Shown: positions 1 through 11,300 of the stretch, piece after piece
How positions within the stretch are numbered: the stretch's first letter is position 1
How the letters are laid out: each line of letters opens with the position of its first letter
From: Chromera velia
Taxonomy: Eukaryota
Direction: 5' to 3'
DNA length: 47,234 nucleotides
Assembly: GCA_018398765.1 (NCBI GenBank)
Contig: JAHBMJ010000449.1
Span: 1 to 47,234 of the forward strand
The notes under the pieces: generated by a model
Seen by the model: only the letters and a program-made list of their open reading frames with translations
The model's database searches: none
What the model was told of the DNA's origin: nothing
Position numbers and translations under genes: made by a program

Positions 1-15
1 GTGTGTGTGTGTGTG

Positions 16-49
<34 letters not shown>

Positions 50-50
50 C

Positions 51-88
<38 letters not shown>

Positions 89-95
89 GTGTGCG

Positions 96-133
<38 letters not shown>

Positions 134-145
134 GTGTGTGTGCAT
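1..145. repeat. (GT)n microsatellite, intronic
   Basis: Direct inspection. Confidence 0.95.
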
Positions 146-234
146 GTGCGAACATGCATGTACGTCCATACAAACAACCAACCAAACAAACGTCTGTGTG
201 TCGGTGTACTTCACTCCCTCACTCCCTCCCTAAG

Positions 235-803
235 GTCCCGAAATCTGAAGGGCCTCTCGGACTCCCACAAGAAGGCGGTGTACAAGCACTGCGTGGAGCG
301 GTGAGTTATTTTGTTCTTTCTTTCTTTTTTTCCTCCTCTGGGGTTTTTTGTCTGGAAGAAAATCTGTCTTCCGTGCTTCTTTCCTGAAATACTCGCCGCT
401 TTGTTGCCGTGTGACAGGATGTTTTTTCCTGCGTCGGTGTTTTCTGTTCCCCCTTAATTGCTTGGAATGGACGCAATTAAGGAATGGCGAGAAGAACACA
501 TGACTTTTATGCCTTTTACGTGCCTGCGTGCTTGCGTTTCCAAAGCCGAAAACAAAAAGTCAACCAGGCTGTACGCTGATTAATTGCGTCTCCTCGTTTG
601 TCCGAAGCATCAAAAGAGATATCTGCATGAACAGAAAGCAACCGGGAAAAGAGGGAAGCCGCATCGTTCTGTCGATGAACCATCCGGTGCTTCCCCGTTT
701 GACTTGACAGGAAGGAACTCGAGTTGATGGACTCACATTGCGTGCGTCGACACAGTTGCGGATCGCACAGCCTTGCCCTCTAGTTCCCGAAGAACAGTCA
801 ATG

Positions 804-839
<36 letters not shown>

Positions 840-847
840 CGGACACA

Positions 848-881
<34 letters not shown>

Positions 882-2216
882 CGGCAGATCGTTGGCTGGG
901 TGGATACATGCGGGAAGGTTGATGGAGTGAGTGGATATGCGTGCGCATACATGCGTGAATGAAAAAAACGAATGGATGTGGATGGATGGACGGATGAGTG
1001 ACTGCACTGCAGAGGGTACCGGTGCGCGACCATCGAGGAAGCAAAACACGAGGAGAGAGGAAGGTGAGGAAGATCTTAATGGCAAAATCTGAATAGACCG
1101 GCAGGCACCACCATCGAAGGAGAAGAGATTGATTACTTTGTTGTTTCGTCTGTGTAAACGATCGATCGATCAGTGAGTGTGCATGAGAGCCAACCAAAGA
1201 CGGAGGGCTGTGCAGAGATTGTGGGGAGAGAAAGTGTAGTTCTTTTTTGAGCTGGTTTATTCTGATTCGGCTTTCGAAATAAAATGAACAGATAGAGGGA
1301 TGGATGTCCACTCGTTGACGCCACTCACTCACTCATACCCCCTTGTGTCACGAGAGACACTCCTCGTGGTGCCATTCTCTCTCTCTCTCTCTCTCTCTCT
1401 GTTTTGTTTTGTTTTGTTTTGTTTTGTTTTGTCGGTGTGATTCTGCTGAGAGAGAGAGAGAGAGAGAGACCCCGCCCCCGTTTGATGAGCGCATCCGTCC
1501 TTTCATTCTGGAATTCTTCGGTTGCTTCGTCAGCAGACAGTGAATGCCTCGCAGGTTTCGTTTCAGTTGAATGAATCTCTTTTGCCTTACTGTTTCTCCT
1601 TCTTCTTCTTCTTCTTCTTCTTCTTCTCCTTCCTTTGCGATTTGCTCTCTTCGTAAATCTCCATTCGTGCAGGTGCATCAGGGTGACGGAGACCGTGCTG
1701 AAGGATGAGTACCTCTTCGGTTGGTTGGTTGGTCTCTCTAGCTGTCTGGTTATCTCATGATTATCAGTGTCTCCCCCTCCCTCCTTCTCCCTCACCCTTG
1801 TTCTTCTCCGTCTGCTTCTTCGTCCTCCTTTTCTCTACGCAGAAATTCATGCATGTCTTTTATTTGTTCACCTTGTTGGCTTCTTTTGCTTTCGAGATGG
1901 AGTGACCATCCCTTCCTTCCCGCCTACCTACATGGCTCCTGCCTGGCAAATCAGTTAGATATTTGCCTGGATACTGTGGATGTCAACAATTTGTCTCTGC
2001 ATGCGTTGCGTGGATGCATCCAGTTCCTTTCTCTTGCTGCCTGCTGCAGAGTATGAGGGCGAACTGATTCAAAATCGGAGGGCTGAGTTGAGGGAGGAGA
2101 AATACGCCAGATCAGAAGCAGGGTCAGTCTCTCAAGCAGACACACAGACACACAAATACACAGAGAATTCGAGTGATTCGCTTGCAGGCTGGAAGGCCTA
2201 CACCAAACAGAACAAA

Positions 2217-2280
<64 letters not shown>

Positions 2281-3177
2281 GGGGGGTGGGGGAGGAGAAG
2301 GAGGAATCAACATGGCACACTCAAGAGGGATCGTCAGGAGTGTGCGGGCAGATGCGCAAAGATGGACACGGCTTCTGTAGACAGACAGACAGAAAGACAG
2401 ACAGAAAGTGCAGCAGCGGGTGAGTAAGTAAGTGAGTGGGTGTGAGTAACGACCTTAAAACTGGAAGGAAGCTTTGTCTTTCCTTTCTTTCCCTTGTTCG
2501 TCTCTTCCGTTTCATGTTTTCTGCTCTTTTTTAATTCTTTCTTTCTTCGTTTTCTCTCTCCTTCTGGTTCCCTCCTTCCGTTCGTTCAAGCCACGCGTTC
2601 AAGCAGTTGCTTCATGTTCTTCTTCCGCCACGACGGGCGGAAGGTGTGCATCGATGCGACGAACGAAAGGCTTTCGCGAGTGCTCGACTGGGGACCTGGG
2701 CGATTGGTCAACCACTCAAAGCAAAAGCCGAACCTGAGAATTGAGGTCGGTCGGTCGTCATGATTGATTGGGGTGGATGGATGGATGGATGGGTGGGTGG
2801 GTGCCCTTCTCTTCTTAACGATGTTTTCTCTGTACCCGACTGCCTTGACTGGTCCCTTCGTTCGTTCATTTGTTCGCTTCGATAATGCCGTTCTTTCTTT
2901 CTTTCTTTTCTTACTTTCTTTCTTTCTTTTCTTTCTTTCTTTCTTTCTTTCTTTCTTTGATTCTTTCTTTTTTTTTTTCTTTCTTTCTTTCTTTCCTTTC
3001 TTTGTTTCCTTCTTTCTTTCTTCTTTCTTTTCTTTCTTTCTTTCTTTGATTCTTTCTTTTTTTCTTTCTTTCTTTCTTTCTGTCTTTCTTTCTTTTCTTT
3101 CTTTCTTTCTTTCTTTGTTTTCTTTCTTTCTTTTCTTTCTTTCTTTCTTTCTTTCTTTCTTTGATTCTTTCTTTTTT

Positions 3178-3208
<31 letters not shown>

Positions 3209-3209
3209 G

Positions 3210-3241
<32 letters not shown>

Positions 3242-4320
3242 TTCTTTCTTTCTTTCTTTCTTTCGCTCTCTCTGCCCCAGTTTTTCTTTCGGTCTTCTCA
3301 ATTCTGACCAATCTTTTCTTTGGAATCAGTGGAGTGATCCTCACTCACTTCCGTCATTCATTCATTCATTCGTTCATTCATTCATTCAGCCTATGCACGA
3401 CCGTTAGACAATCGCGCTCATGGAGCAGGCGTGTCTGGAGGGAGGGATGGAAGGAGGGAGAGAGCGTTGATGACTTTTGCTTCCTTCCACGTTTCCTTCC
3501 ATTAGTGCCTTTGCTTACGCATACACATACGAACATACTTACTTGCAAGAAAGCGTGGATGGACACAGGCTTTCTTTCATTTGCTTGTTTATGCTTTTCT
3601 GATTATTCTCTGCTTCATGCATGCAGACCACCTCCGATTCTCGCGACATGCCTCGTCTCTACTTCGTTGCTCTTCGGGACATCCAGAAGTGCGTCAATTT
3701 TCTTTCGTTTTTATAATAAAAAGACGAATCAATGCGCGCTTTCTCCGTTTCGCCCGCGATTGATAGTCTGGTTGTCTTCACCGTTTTCCCTCTGACTGAC
3801 TGTCATCTCGATCCGGCATGGATTTCTTCAGTGTTTGTTTCTTGGTCAATCAATTGTTTGTTTGTTTGTTTTCTTTCATTTTCCGTGTGTGGATTCCGCA
3901 TTTCCGGTCGGCAGGAATTTTCTTTTTGTCCGCTGTCTTTCGCTGTCTCCTTCCCTTCTGTCTGTGTTTGGCTTTTTTAATCAGCAACTTTGACTCGTGT
4001 GTCGCCCGTGCGGGGGGACATCTTTTCTTTTCTCTCTCCGTCTGTCTGTCCGTCTAAATGAGTGTTTGAACGGGGAGGAGAGGAAGCGGAATTAAACCGG
4101 CTGTTTCCGTCAATACATCTTTCTCCGTGAATTCCATCAATTGACTGATCGACTGAACACTCGAACAAATGGATGAATGAAGGTTTTTTTCCTCTCTGAA
4201 TAGGGTCAATACTAATAACGATCTTTGTCCGTCCGTCCGTGCAGAGGGGAGGAGCTCCTTGTCGACTATGGGGACAGGGACAAGGCTGCCGTGAAGGCGC
4301 ATCCCTGGCTTCTGGCTTGA
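235..4320 (+). CDS. SET8: SET8/PR-Set7 (KMT5A)-like histone H4K20 methyltransferase, 5'-partial
   Basis: Hand-spliced exons 235-300, 1013-1063, 1673-1719, 2050-2122, 2607-2745, 3627-3688, 4245-4320 (TGA), all GT-AG with consistent phases. Translation: ...EERGRCIRVTETVLKDEYLFEYEGELIQ...EEKYARSEAGCFMFFFRHDGRKVCIDAT...GRLVNHSKQKPNL...PRLYFVALRDIQKGEELLVDYGDRDKAAVKAHPWLLA*. It has the SET motifs (EYxGELI, IDAT, RLVNHS, GEELxxDY) and the SET8-typical DYGDR...AHPWL C-terminus. The first two exons are less certain and the gene start lies outside the window. Confidence 0.92.
2890..3262. repeat. (CTTT)n microsatellite, SET8 intron
   Basis: Direct inspection; source of the spurious F/L/S-rich and K/E/R-rich ORFs. 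Confidence 0.95.
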
Positions 4321-4446
4321 GCGAGTGAGTGAGTGCATGAGGGAGGCTTGATCGATCGATCGATGGAGCGATGAGGTACAGATCAGAACAGAACAGAGGG
4401 ACGAGACGAGACGAAGACTGAGAGGCCACATGCAGACAGCAAATAC

Positions 4447-4482
<36 letters not shown>

Positions 4483-6422
4483 CGTGCAGAATGGTTCTCT
4501 TGCGGGAGGTTTCAAACGGGCAATGAAGAGAAATGAAACAAATGTACAGGTTGTTTGTCTCTTTTCGGCCGCTCCCTTCCTTCGCTCTTCTCTGGCCTGT
4601 TCCTTTTTCCTGTCACGCGTTTTGTTTTTCCTTTCCTGTCACGTGAGCGAGCTGGTAGTGCACGCATGTAGGTTGCTTGTGTTTGGTGTTGTGTGGTCTC
4701 GTGTGACAGAGGGGAAGGAGAAAGGGAATTTTCGTTTGGCTGAAAGAGAGAGCAGAGGAGGAGAAGAGTCATCCGGGGGGCCTAAAAGATCCTTCCAACA
4801 CTAACGTTTCACCTTATTTATTCATTCATTCATTCAAGGAGGGGNGCACATTGATTCAACCAGATGATGAAACGAAACGAAGATTCAGTCATTCCTCTAC
4901 ACTCGGTCCGTTCGATCCCCCTCAATCCTTCCTTCCTTCCTTCCAAGATCCCTCCTTCCATCCTCTGCATTGAGGGATTGAAGGATCACCCCCACCATCT
5001 GTTTGGATTGCCTTGGAGGGAGGGAGGGCGGTCTCCTTAAAGGGAGGAGTTTTTCCTTCTTTCTTTCTTTGTCGTTCGCACTCTCCCTTTTTTCTTCTTC
5101 GGTTCAACTGCATGGCTTGCTTCCCTCCATTCCCCTGTCTCTCTCTCTCTCTCTCTACCCCATACATGTATGCATGTCTCTTGGAGGAGGGAGGGAGGGA
5201 GGGATGCAATGGATCAACCAGACTGCGTGCGTGAGTGAGTGGAGGACTGCATGGCCGGGAGGGGGGGGGGCAATGGATGGGCCGAGCTAAATGGAGCGGA
5301 CGGATGCGTGAACGAATAGATTGGCCGAGGCCCTCGCGGGGCTTTCCTATCTTCCTCCCTCACTCTCATCCCCGCCCTCCCGGTTCTCTGTCTCGATCGA
5401 TCTTCACTGGATTGGATTGGCGTGTAAATAGAAAAATAAATTAATTTGTTGGCCTAGCTGCCAATCCATTTCGATCGTGTTCCGCCCTCCCATTTTTGTC
5501 TTCTGTTCCGGCGGTGTGTTCCTGAATTCTCAAAACAGACAGCTAGAACGCTTCATGCACAATCGCGGTAATTAATGCAATCGCTGGAGCACTTCCCATC
5601 TTCCACACGACAAATTAATTTGCGTGACCCTCTTCAATTCGCACGTCCCTCTCCGTGTTTCGTCTGGTGTGTCTCGATGCGCCTGCGTGATGTAGCATGC
5701 TTATTACATTTCAGCCTGAACTGTCAGATGCATGCATGGACGTGCTGTTTTTCCTTCCGTGTAGCAGACGCACCACAGGCTTCACAGCGTCGATCGATTT
5801 GGATCGAAAAGGGGCTGCGCATGCATGCGCATCATGCAGAGATGATTGGTAATTAACAGTTACGAGAGGAAAGAGAGAGAACATTTAATTTCGAATCCTT
5901 CGGTCAAAGCCTAGTTCAAAGCGTTTCATTGTTTAAACGGTTTTAACAGAGCAAAACAACAACAAAATTCAATATTAGACATACTTTAAAGTCTCATTTT
6001 AGACCGTGAATTAAATTGTGAAATAAAACTTTTCAAAATTTAAATTAGCTTGAAAAGTTTATGCCTAGCACCCTAGGGTTGTACATGGGTTTACGATCAA
6101 AAAAAGATATTGATTTTTAGAAGTTTTTTAAGGTGAAAAAAAATCTAGAAAAAAATGAGAGAAAAATAACAGGTATAACTATAAGTTAAAAACTAGGTCA
6201 AAGATTCCCTAGGCTCTGTACTGTAAAAAGGTATAAATTAGGGTATTAAAAAAATATTGGAACATTTTTTTTTTTAGATTTTCTTTTTTTATATCTCGAT
6301 AAACAACTGTTGTTCAAGTGTTCAAGTTAGTTGTTAAGGTGTTGTTCATTTATTGCAATGAGTGTTGCACAAAAAACAACTGTTGTTGTACCGACATATG
6401 AAAAAATTAAAAAAAAAATATC

Positions 6423-6499
6423 GGTGCAAGTCGAGGCCCGGCAGTGGACTGCGGAGCAACCTGGAACATAAATCCTATCTTATCTTATCCTATCCTATC
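6423..6499 (+). repeat. Dispersed short repeat with (TATCC/TATCT)n tail, candidate non-LTR retroelement 3' end
   Basis: GGTGCAAGTCGAGGCCCGGCAGTGGACTGCGGAGCAACCTGGAACATAAATCCTATC...; similar to 26938-26997 and to the reverse complement of 40796-40825. Confidence 0.6.
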
Positions 6500-6617
6500 A
6501 GTAGTATTTTTTTTTTTTTGAGCGCAGATAAGTGCAGAGCCTAGAAAATTCCTAAAAAGATTTTTAATTCTACAGTTATAGAGTGGAAAAAGTTTTACAG
6601 TTTAAAGTGTGGGGTCA

Positions 6618-7131
6618 CCCTACAAAGAAGTTAAGAAATATGTTATAAAAATATATAAGAAATATGTTAGAAATATTATAGAAATTTGATAGAAATACTA
6701 TAGAAATATTATAGAAATCTGGTTTAAGAAATATTATAGAAATATGTTAGAAATGTTATACGAATTTTATAGAAATATTATAGAAATCTGATAGAAATGT
6801 TAAGAAATCTTAATTCAGACCGGATTTCTATAATATTTCAACCTCCCTGAACCTAAGTACCACTTAAAAAAATATAATCAAGATCATCTCTATCTGCGGC
6901 ATCTTTTTTCAAGAAACCATCCACGCCTGCGGCGTAGACGGTCAAGACACCGTCCAGATATGCGGCTTTGGCTTTCAAGATACCATAAATGATCCGCATC
7001 TGCGGCGCGGACTTTCAAGCTTATCCAAAAATGTGGCCTGAACTTTCAAGTGGTAGTTGGGTTCAGGGAGGTCAATATTTCTATAGTATTTCTATCAAAT
7101 TTCTAACATATTTCTTAATTTTTTTGTAGGG
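6618..7131. mobile_element. Non-autonomous TIR element (MITE/foldback) with CCCTAC termini and subterminal 11-mer repeats
   Basis: The left end CCCTACAAAGAAGTTAAGAAATATGTTA matches the reverse complement of the right end (...TAACATATTTCTTAATTTTTTTGTAGGG). The arms are arrays of TAGAAATATTA-like 11-mers in opposite orientation. CA flanks both sides, a possible 2-bp TSD. Confidence 0.8.
6840..7073. mobile_element. Second MITE nested inside the 6618-7131 element
   Basis: ~29-bp TIRs: ACCTCCCTGAACCTAAGTACCACTTAAAA versus revcomp ACCTCCCTGAACCCAACTACCACTTGAAA. AATATTTC flanks both sides (6832-6839, 7074-7081), a candidate 8-bp TSD. The interior has 4-5 degenerate repeats of (TG)CGGC...TTCAAG. Confidence 0.8.
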
Positions 7132-8396
7132 CAGATTACAAACTAGTATACAAATAACTTTAAAGATCATACCTAGATACATCCCGCACATCTAGCCGCA
7201 CATATGATATGCCGCATCATATACGCATATAAATAAGTATTTGAGAACCAAACAAGCCAGCTTATTAGTAATTGGTTAGTATAGAGGTGTATTTGCTTCA
7301 AAAAGAAAAGAAACAAAAGAAAGACACTGAATTATTTTTGTCTTTACATATGTTTTTTCCCTCTTTTCTGTTGTGGCTTTCACATGATCTTGTTTTCAGC
7401 GCTGTTTATTGGTATGTTTTTCTTTTTTCTTTTGCTTTTTTCTTTTCAAACGACAGGAAATGGGAGCCGACGAAGGTCAAGCGACAGGAAAACATGCAAT
7501 ATAAAGAAGCACGAATAAATGACGCTTCCCAACCTCCCCTCCCTTAATTAGCTTTTGCCTTCTTTCTCCCTCCCTCGCCAGTTCCTGTTCAGGGCTTGCA
7601 ACTCGCTCGCACCGTTCTCTTCATGATTCTGTTTTCACTTTCTTTCCCCACCCTGTCTCTCTCTGTTGGTGAAGGCAAACGGACAGCGTTTCCTTCTTCT
7701 CCTTTGGTCTCTTCGGATCACATAAGACAGACAGACAGACAGAGAGAGGAAGAGAGAGAGAGAGCGTTGAGCAAAGGCTGACTTGTCAAGGTAGACAGAT
7801 AAGTCAATCTTTCATCTCTCCTCTCTCCATGGTGGATGCTTTTTTTTTCTTTCTGCTCGCGAGTACATGCACAGTCAAGGTAACTGGCTGGCTGGCTGGA
7901 GTTTCCCTCTCCATCCATCCCTCCCTCCTTTCCCGTCCGTCCCTCCCAACTCACTCAAATCAAGAAGACCGACCGACAGACAGAAGCATCCAGCCGGACA
8001 GAACATAAGCAACCGGGCAAGGCACTAACAACGACTTTCGAAGAGCGGTGGCAACACAAAATAATGCCAGTCAATCGATTAGTCAGTCACACGCTCCACT
8101 CACTCACAAGCCCCTCCCCCTCCGTCAAATCTGTCCCTCCCCCCTCGGGCGTACGTATCTTCCTTCCTTCCTTCCTGACCTCTCTTCCTTGCTTGCTTGC
8201 TTGCTTGCTTGCTTGGTTGATAGGGGGGTAGACAGACGGACGGGGGATTTCCTTCAAGCTGAGAGGAGAGGAGAGAAGGGCGGTAGGTACCAAAGAGAGA
8301 ATTAAACGAACGAAATTGACTATCGATCCTTCCATCCTGCCCTCTTTCTTCCTCATCCTTCCTTTCCCCCTCTCTCCTCCCCCTTTTCTCTCTCTC

Positions 8397-11300
8397 TCAG
8401 TCCTCCGCCCTCTGGAACTTCCGCACGGAGGCGGCGACGTACTTTGGATCGAGGTACGTGCCCCTGAGGATGTCCTGTGCGGAGACAGAAACAACAGCGT
8501 CGCTATCCGCGTCTTTCACGAGCAGGCCGCTGTTTGCCACTGGGGCCACAGAGGGAGAGGCAGAGGGAGAGGGCACAGCGGTCGGGGGAGGGGAAGGGGG
8601 GGGCGCCGTTGTGGGGGCCAGAGGGGGAAGCGAAGGGGCACCGGCAGCAGCGGGTGCAGCGGTGGCTGCTGCAGGCCCAACTGTCGGAGGAGGCGCAGAC
8701 GGGGGGGCGCCGGGCGCTGCTACTGCGGGCCCAGCTGTCGGAGGAGGCGGAGACGGGGGGGCGCCGGGCGCTGCTACTGCGGGCGCAGCGGTCGGAGGAG
8801 GCGGAGACGGGGGGGCGGGCGGAAGAGGGGGTGGAGAAACGGGTGCGCCGGGCGGCGGTGAAGGAGGGGACGGGGAAGGGACACCAGGTGCGGAAGGAGT
8901 TGACGGGGGGGGACCTACAGGGGGGGCTGACGAGGGGGCAAGAGTGGNAGGGGGGAAGACCGGTAGGGGGGCCTTCGAGGGGGGGCGAGGGTGGAGGCGG
9001 CCCTCGTTTTTTCTTTCCCTTTCCTCCCTTTCCCCCCTTTCCTCCCTTTCCCCCCTTTCCCCCCTTTCCTCCCTTTCCGGCTCCTGGAGCGCCAGGTGGG
9101 GGGGAGGGGGGCGGAGAGGGGAGGTCCTCTGGTCCCTCTGGCAAAGGGGTCGTGTAGGAGGCCACAGAGGGGACAGGTGTGGGGGACACGGTTCCCTCCT
9201 GGTACTCAGGGAAGAAGGTGGGGCTTGCAACCTCAACGGGGGGGGCGCCTGTCGAGTAGTCAACAGGGGGGGGGGAGGGGGATGGCATGAGGTCGTCTGA
9301 GTTGAATCCGGTGATTCCCTTGAAGAGGCTCTTGAACCAGTCACCAATGCTCGAGAAGAAATCTGTGAACTTGTCCCCAACAGCATCAAACACACCCGGA
9401 GGCTCTGCGGATGGAGAGACGGAAGGAGACACAACGTCTGGAAGAGGGACGGCTGCTGCAACTGTGGTGGGTTCGGGTTCGGGTGTAGTCGTGGTGCTTG
9501 CCTCTACTTCTTCTTTGTCAGAACCGCCGAAGAGATCCTTGAACCACCCTGTCACAGGAGGTTCGGCTGTGGTTTCTACGGGGGTGTTGAAATCCGGGGG
9601 GGGGGCCTGGGAGACCACCCCCGGCATGTTCGGCGGCGCGTAGGGGACGGTGGTGGTTGTAACGACGGGGGGGGCCGTGGTTTCGGTTTCTGTCCCGTTG
9701 AAGAAATCAACTACGGCGTCTCCAATCTTACTGACTGTGTCTGCGGGTTCACTTTGACTGTTCTCGTTTTGGTGGTTTTGATTCGCATTTCTGGAGTTAA
9801 TCAGAATTGCAAGTGCCTGTTCAGTCGTGACCTTTTTTCCGTCAACGTAAATGACGCGGGGAGAAGGGGGGTGAGGGGGACTGGAGTGCTTTTGCTGCTG
9901 CGCTGCGAGTCTCTGCTGTGCCAGTAGAGATGAGACAGAGAGAGGATTTGACTCGTCTTCTTCATTGTCTGCCTCTGCGCTGTCTGAGCCCTCTTCTGAC
10001 ACAGAGAGACTTTTATCCCTCTCCGTGTGTCTTCTGGATCTCTCCTGAAGGAAAGAGAGGGCTCCACTCCTGAGGGCTTCTGCTCTTTTGAACGTCCCCT
10101 TGGGTTGCTGAGACATCGACAAAAGGGAAACGGAGGGGACTGCAGTGGGGGTGACGGTGGCAGAGGGGGGTGCTGTGGTGGTGCTGTTCGACTCTTCAAC
10201 TTTCGGTGCGGCGTGCGAACTTCCGTACCCGAAAAGAGACTTGAACCAGTTGCCGATGTTGGAGAAGAATTTTCCGATCGAAGTGAAAAAACCCCCTTCC
10301 TCCTTCTCTTCAGGGGAAGCAGTTGGCGCAACCGTCGGAGAGGAGGGGGATGAGTCGGCAGTGCCCCCCGGCAGAGGGGCTTCCTCGAGGCCTGGAGCAG
10401 CAGTGGTGGAAACTGCTGGGGCACTCGACTTGGCAATCTCGGGCGGTGGGGGGCTCGCGCTGGGGCCCTCGGTCCCGTTGAAGAAATCAACGATGACGTC
10501 ATACCAGGGAGCACCCTCAGGTTCGGCTGTGGTGGGAATGACCGGAAGGGGGGGGGCTGCTGGGGAAGCGGTAGGGGCGGCCTCGGGTTGCTGGGAGGGC
10601 ATTGGGGGGGAGGTTGCGCTAACCTCTCCTGGAGGAGGCTGTACTGAGATTCCGGGCATCTGGGGGGGCACGTAGGGGGTGGTAGTGGCGAGGTGGTCTG
10701 CAAGGGTCTGGCCGGGAGGAGCTTCTGCGATCACCCCTGGCAGTTGTGGGGGGAGGTAGGGGGTCGTTGTGGTGGGAGGTGCGGATGTGGTGGAGACAAC
10801 AGGGGTGACGGGTGGCTCTGCAGAGGTGGCTGTCCCCTTCCCTTCCTCCTCATGGTAGAGGGTGGCGACTCCAGGGGGAATTTGGGGACGGTATGCGGCC
10901 TCTAGGATTTGGATGGCCTCCTCTGTTGATACTCTTTTTCCGTCAATGACGATCGTGTGGGGCAGCACCATGGGGTGAGGGGGGGGGTTGCCAGAGGAAG
11001 ATAGTCTGACTGAAGCAGAAATTTCAGACAGAGACATGGGGGGGGTCTGTTGGGATTCCTTTCCTTTGTTCTCTGTTTGGCCGAATGGCACAAGTGTCGC
11101 ATCTCCATCTGCCGAATCAGATTGACCCGAGGACTTAGCCGTCTCCGTCTCCCTCTCAAGTCTTTCCGTCTCCTGCAAGAAGGACAGAGAAGAAGAAGAG
11201 CGTTTGGATCGGTGTGGGGCCGTTTCCTTTTCCCTCTTCGTGCCCTGCTCACTACCCGGGACGAAAAGATTTGAGACTGCCGACTCGGCTGACGACAGAA

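Noticed and set aside
1..387. CV-repeat ORFs (also 36082-37060 and similar HT/RE/SL-repeat ORFs)
   Set aside because: Translations of dinucleotide microsatellites within introns.
711..741. Possible extra SET8 micro-exon (KELELMDSHC)
   Set aside because: Including it shifts the phase and breaks the frame into the SET domain exons.
2586..3795. Long K/E/R-rich and F/L/S-rich ORFs (also 34500-35241)
   Set aside because: (CTTT)n intronic repeats with no stops; the real exons are short and flank them.
6618..6810. CRISPR-like array
   Set aside because: 11-mer tandem repeats without unique spacers, part of a TIR element; eukaryotic context and no cas genes.
8940..8990. Apparent programmed frameshift or pseudogenisation in the Pro-rich gene
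   Set aside because: It coincides with an N and G-homopolymers, so an assembly or sequencing error is more parsimonious.
8316..9300. Gly/Arg-rich plus-strand ORFs
   Set aside because: Antisense shadows of the Pro-rich coding sequence.
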